A stretch of 26,436 bases of DNA, from positions 1-26,436 of IMG/VR virus record IMGVR_UViG_3300049144_000042; one strand, 5' to 3'. The number at the start of each line of letters is the position of its first letter. Positions within the stretch are counted from its first letter, which is position 1. This document shows, piece after piece, positions 23,957 to 26,436 of this stretch. The notes under the pieces were generated by a model, which was not told where the DNA came from, did not search any database, and worked only from the letters and a program-made list of their open reading frames with translations. The position numbers were made by a program, and so were the translations under genes. Source of the DNA: a virus (lineage: Duplodnaviria; Caudoviricetes).

Positions 23957-25054
23957 GTGTACCCGGTGCCCTCCGCTCGGTTCCTGCCCGCCTTGCGGGA
24001 GTCGCACGTCCCGTACACGCAGGTGCAGCTGATGCGCACCGACGGCGTCGTCGTCGACCTGCCGCACATGGACGGCCAGGTAGGGGTGGACCGCGGCAGC
24101 TCGGTGCGCCGCACCTGCAGTGTGACGGTCCCGGACGTGAGCCTGCTGCCGATGACGCCGACGGATCAGCTCGCCGTGTACGGGGCGCGGCTGCGGATCC
24201 GCAGCGGCATCATCTACGGCGACGGCACGGTGGAGGCGGTGCCGCTCGGGTTGTTCCGTATCGACCGGATCAGCGGCGACCCGGCTGTCGGCCCAGTCAC
24301 CATCGAGGGCAGCGGCCTGGAAGCGGTGATCGCTGACGACAAGTTCCTCACCCCGTACACCACCCGCGGCGGCACGGCGGCGGTCACGGCGATCACCGGT
24401 CTGATCCAGGACAGCATCCCCGACGCGGTCGTCGTCAACATGGCCAGCGACGCCACGATCGGCACCCGCACCTGGGATGTGCAGGGCGACCGGTGGGCGG
24501 CCGTGCAGGAGTGCGCGACCGCGATCGGCGCCGAGGTGTACGCGGACGCGGACGGGCAGTTCGTCATCGCCGAGCTGCCCGACATGCTCACCGCGCCCGT
24601 CGCCTGGGACGTCGACGCAGGGGCGACCGGCGTCCTCATCTCCGCCAACCGGGCGTTCAGCAGGGACGGCATGTACAACGTGGTCGTCGCCTCGGGTGAG
24701 AACTCGGAGGACAACGCCCCGCTGGTGACGGCGACCGCCTTCGACACCGACCCGACCAGCCCCACCTACGTCGGCGGCCCGTTCGGCAGGGTGCCGAAGT
24801 TCTACAGCTCCGCCACCCTCATCAACACCTCGTTGGCTCAGGGCGCTGCGAACAAGTTGCTGCGGGACGCCCTGAAACCGAACGCCACCGTCACCCTCAC
24901 CAGCCTGCCCAACCCGTGCCTCGAACCCGGGGACGTCCTGCGCGTCACCTACGAGGACGGCCGCCGGGAGCTGCAGCAGGTGCAGAGCTTCACCATCTCG
25001 CTCGGCCTGGACTCCATCACCATCCAGACCATCGGCGGAAAGCAGGACACCTGA
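23957..25054 (+). CDS. minor tail/baseplate hub protein, DUF5047-like (365 aa)
   Basis: MYPVPSARFL..L.ESH start, VRRTCSVTV, VPLGLFRI, YNVVVASGE, SPTYVGGPFGRVPKFYSS. Confidence 0.82.
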   Translation: MYPVPSARFLPALRESHVPYTQVQLMRTDGVVVDLPHMDGQVGVDRGSSVRRTCSVTVPDVSLLPMTPTDQLAVYGARLRIRSGIIYGDGTVEAVPLGLFRIDRISGDPAVGPVTIEGSGLEAVIADDKFLTPYTTRGGTAAVTAITGLIQDSIPDAVVVNMASDATIGTRTWDVQGDRWAAVQECATAIGAEVYADADGQFVIAELPDMLTAPVAWDVDAGATGVLISANRAFSRDGMYNVVVASGENSEDNAPLVTATAFDTDPTSPTYVGGPFGRVPKFYSSATLINTSLAQGAANKLLRDALKPNATVTLTSLPNPCLEPGDVLRVTYEDGRRELQQVQSFTISLGLDSITIQTIGGKQDT

Positions 25055-25782
25055 TGACCGACGGGTTCTCTCTCGCCCAGGCCGTCACCGAGGCGTCCCG
25101 CCAGGCGGCGAGCACCGACCCCGGGGTGCGCCGGGCCGAGGTCCGCTCCGGCACCGTCACCGCAGTGGGCGTGACCCCCGGCACCGTCGACGTCGGCGCC
25201 ATCCGCGCCCGCCGCCTGGAAACCTACCTGTCTCCCACGGTCGGCGACCAGGTGCTGCTGGTGCAGTCCGGCAGCGGCAGCTGGTGGGCGGCCGGCCGGA
25301 CCGCGTCCACGACGGCGCCACTGGGTGTACCCCGCCACGTGTACAAGACCACCAACACCGACCGCACTTCGTCGACCCTCACCGACGACCCCGAGCTGAC
25401 CATGCAGCTCGACGCCAACGCCGTCTACCGGATCGAGTTCCACCTGCTCCACGCCGCGGTCAACGCCGCCCGTTTCCGGACCGCGTGGACGGTGCCGGCG
25501 GGGGCTGTCGGCACACGATCGGCCCTCGGCCCCGACCAGGGCGTGATCCTGTCCGCTACTTCGTCCGGCGGGCAAGGCCGGTACGGCGTCCACGCCTACA
25601 GCACGGCCTGCATCTACGGCAGCCGCGACGACAACACCTTGCTCTGCTACTCCATCGAGACCAGCACGGTCATCACCTCGGCGGCTGGCACGTGCGCCCT
25701 GCAGTGGGCGCAGCAGACCGCCAGTGCGACCGCGAGCCGTCTGGCGCAGGGCTCTTTCATGCAGGTCACCCGCATCGCATAG
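25054..25782 (+). CDS. minor tail protein (242 aa, MTDGFSLAQ…)
   Basis: TGATG overlap at 25054; OB-like N-terminus (GTVTAV…YLSPTVGDQVLL) followed by a beta-sandwich (DDPELT…LQWAQ…GSFM). Confidence 0.8.
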   Translation: MTDGFSLAQAVTEASRQAASTDPGVRRAEVRSGTVTAVGVTPGTVDVGAIRARRLETYLSPTVGDQVLLVQSGSGSWWAAGRTASTTAPLGVPRHVYKTTNTDRTSSTLTDDPELTMQLDANAVYRIEFHLLHAAVNAARFRTAWTVPAGAVGTRSALGPDQGVILSATSSGGQGRYGVHAYSTACIYGSRDDNTLLCYSIETSTVITSAAGTCALQWAQQTASATASRLAQGSFMQVTRIA

Positions 25783-25801
25783 CGCATAGAGAGGGGGCCG
25801 C

Positions 25802-26422
25802 GTGCCCACCACAGACAGCTACGGGCAAGGCTTCACCGGCCTCGACTATGGCGACGTCCCCGACCTGAAAGTGCTGAGCGACGGCCTGCTGAAGATCGCG
25901 GGCCAGAGCGTGATGCGGTTCGCGAACGCCTCGGCCCGCAACGCGACCCTCACCTCCCCGGTCGCGGGGATGACGGCGTGGCTTATTAGCGAGAGGCTGC
26001 TCACCGTCTACGACGGCGGCGCGTGGGTGGCGATCGCCTCCGGCACGCAGGCGTGGACGACCGTGCCGCTCGCGGCCGGCTACAGCCACAACGGCAACTC
26101 GAACGGCAACTTCCAGTACCGGCGCGTCAACATGTTCGGCGAGGACACGCTGATGTTCCGGGGCGCCGTCGGCGTCACCTACTCCGGGACGACCATCCCC
26201 AACGGGGGCATCCTCAACTCCAGCGCCTTGCCCACCGCGGCGCGGCCGACCGCGTTGCGCACCGTCGTCATCCCTTGCTCTGACGCCTCCTCAGCCCGCA
26301 TCACCTTGAAGCTCGACGTGCAGACCGATGGTTACCTGCGAGTGGTCGGCACCGGCAACCAGCCTGAAGGCGTCGTCACGCCGCCGTGGATCGGCTTCAA
26401 CGGCACTCTCGTCAGCCTCTGA
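25802..26422 (+). CDS. minor tail/fibre-like protein (206 aa)
   Basis: MRFANASARNA..TSPVAGM.AWL…YDG..W motif, then LP..ARP…DG.L typical of tail fibre C-termini; RBS GAGGGG. Confidence 0.8.
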   Translation: MPTTDSYGQGFTGLDYGDVPDLKVLSDGLLKIAGQSVMRFANASARNATLTSPVAGMTAWLISERLLTVYDGGAWVAIASGTQAWTTVPLAAGYSHNGNSNGNFQYRRVNMFGEDTLMFRGAVGVTYSGTTIPNGGILNSSALPTAARPTALRTVVIPCSDASSARITLKLDVQTDGYLRVVGTGNQPEGVVTPPWIGFNGTLVSL

Positions 26423-26436
26423 CCCGCACACACCCC

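Larger units (their letters stand above)
4998..26436 (+). mobile_element. Siphovirus prophage late/virion region (packaging, head, tail); continues beyond the window
   Basis: Canonical gene order HNH-terS-terL-portal-MuF-scaffold-capsid-connectors-tube-chaperone-tape measure-minor tails; no visible disruptions. Confidence 0.95.

Noticed and set aside
7479-24067. Long minus-strand ORFs (7479..9275, 13291..15477, 19412..21301, 21671..24067 and others)
   Set aside because: Antisense shadows of well-supported + strand genes in high-GC DNA; Arg/Pro/Gly-rich with no recognisable motifs.

Overview
High-GC actinobacterial (Streptomyces-like) DNA in which every credible gene lies on the + strand. About 5.0-26.4 kb is an apparently intact siphovirus late/virion region: promoter, HTH, SAM methyltransferase, HNH, predicted cos site, TerS, TerL, portal, MuF/VG15-like protein, scaffold, major capsid, a GT4 glycosyltransferase overlapping the capsid stop codon, four head-tail proteins, major tail tube, tail chaperone with a G GGA AAG -1 frameshift, tape measure with an NlpC/P60 domain, and four minor tail proteins. 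Its packaging genes resemble those of L5/D29-type (cluster A) actinophages. Upstream (1-4.2 kb), with no visible integrase or att boundary in between, is a Streptomyces TraB-type (FtsK/SpoIIIE) conjugative DNA translocase, a mirror-symmetric 8-mer array (clt-like transfer locus) and six small genes, followed by a stand-alone DUF4352-like lipoprotein. Two systems stand out: (1) a prophage that may also spread by TraB/clt conjugation, and (2) a putative virion-glycosylation system (capsid-coupled GT4, capsid and tail tube both ending in Gly-Ser, plus a methyltransferase). All family calls come from motif recognition by eye; no database search was run.
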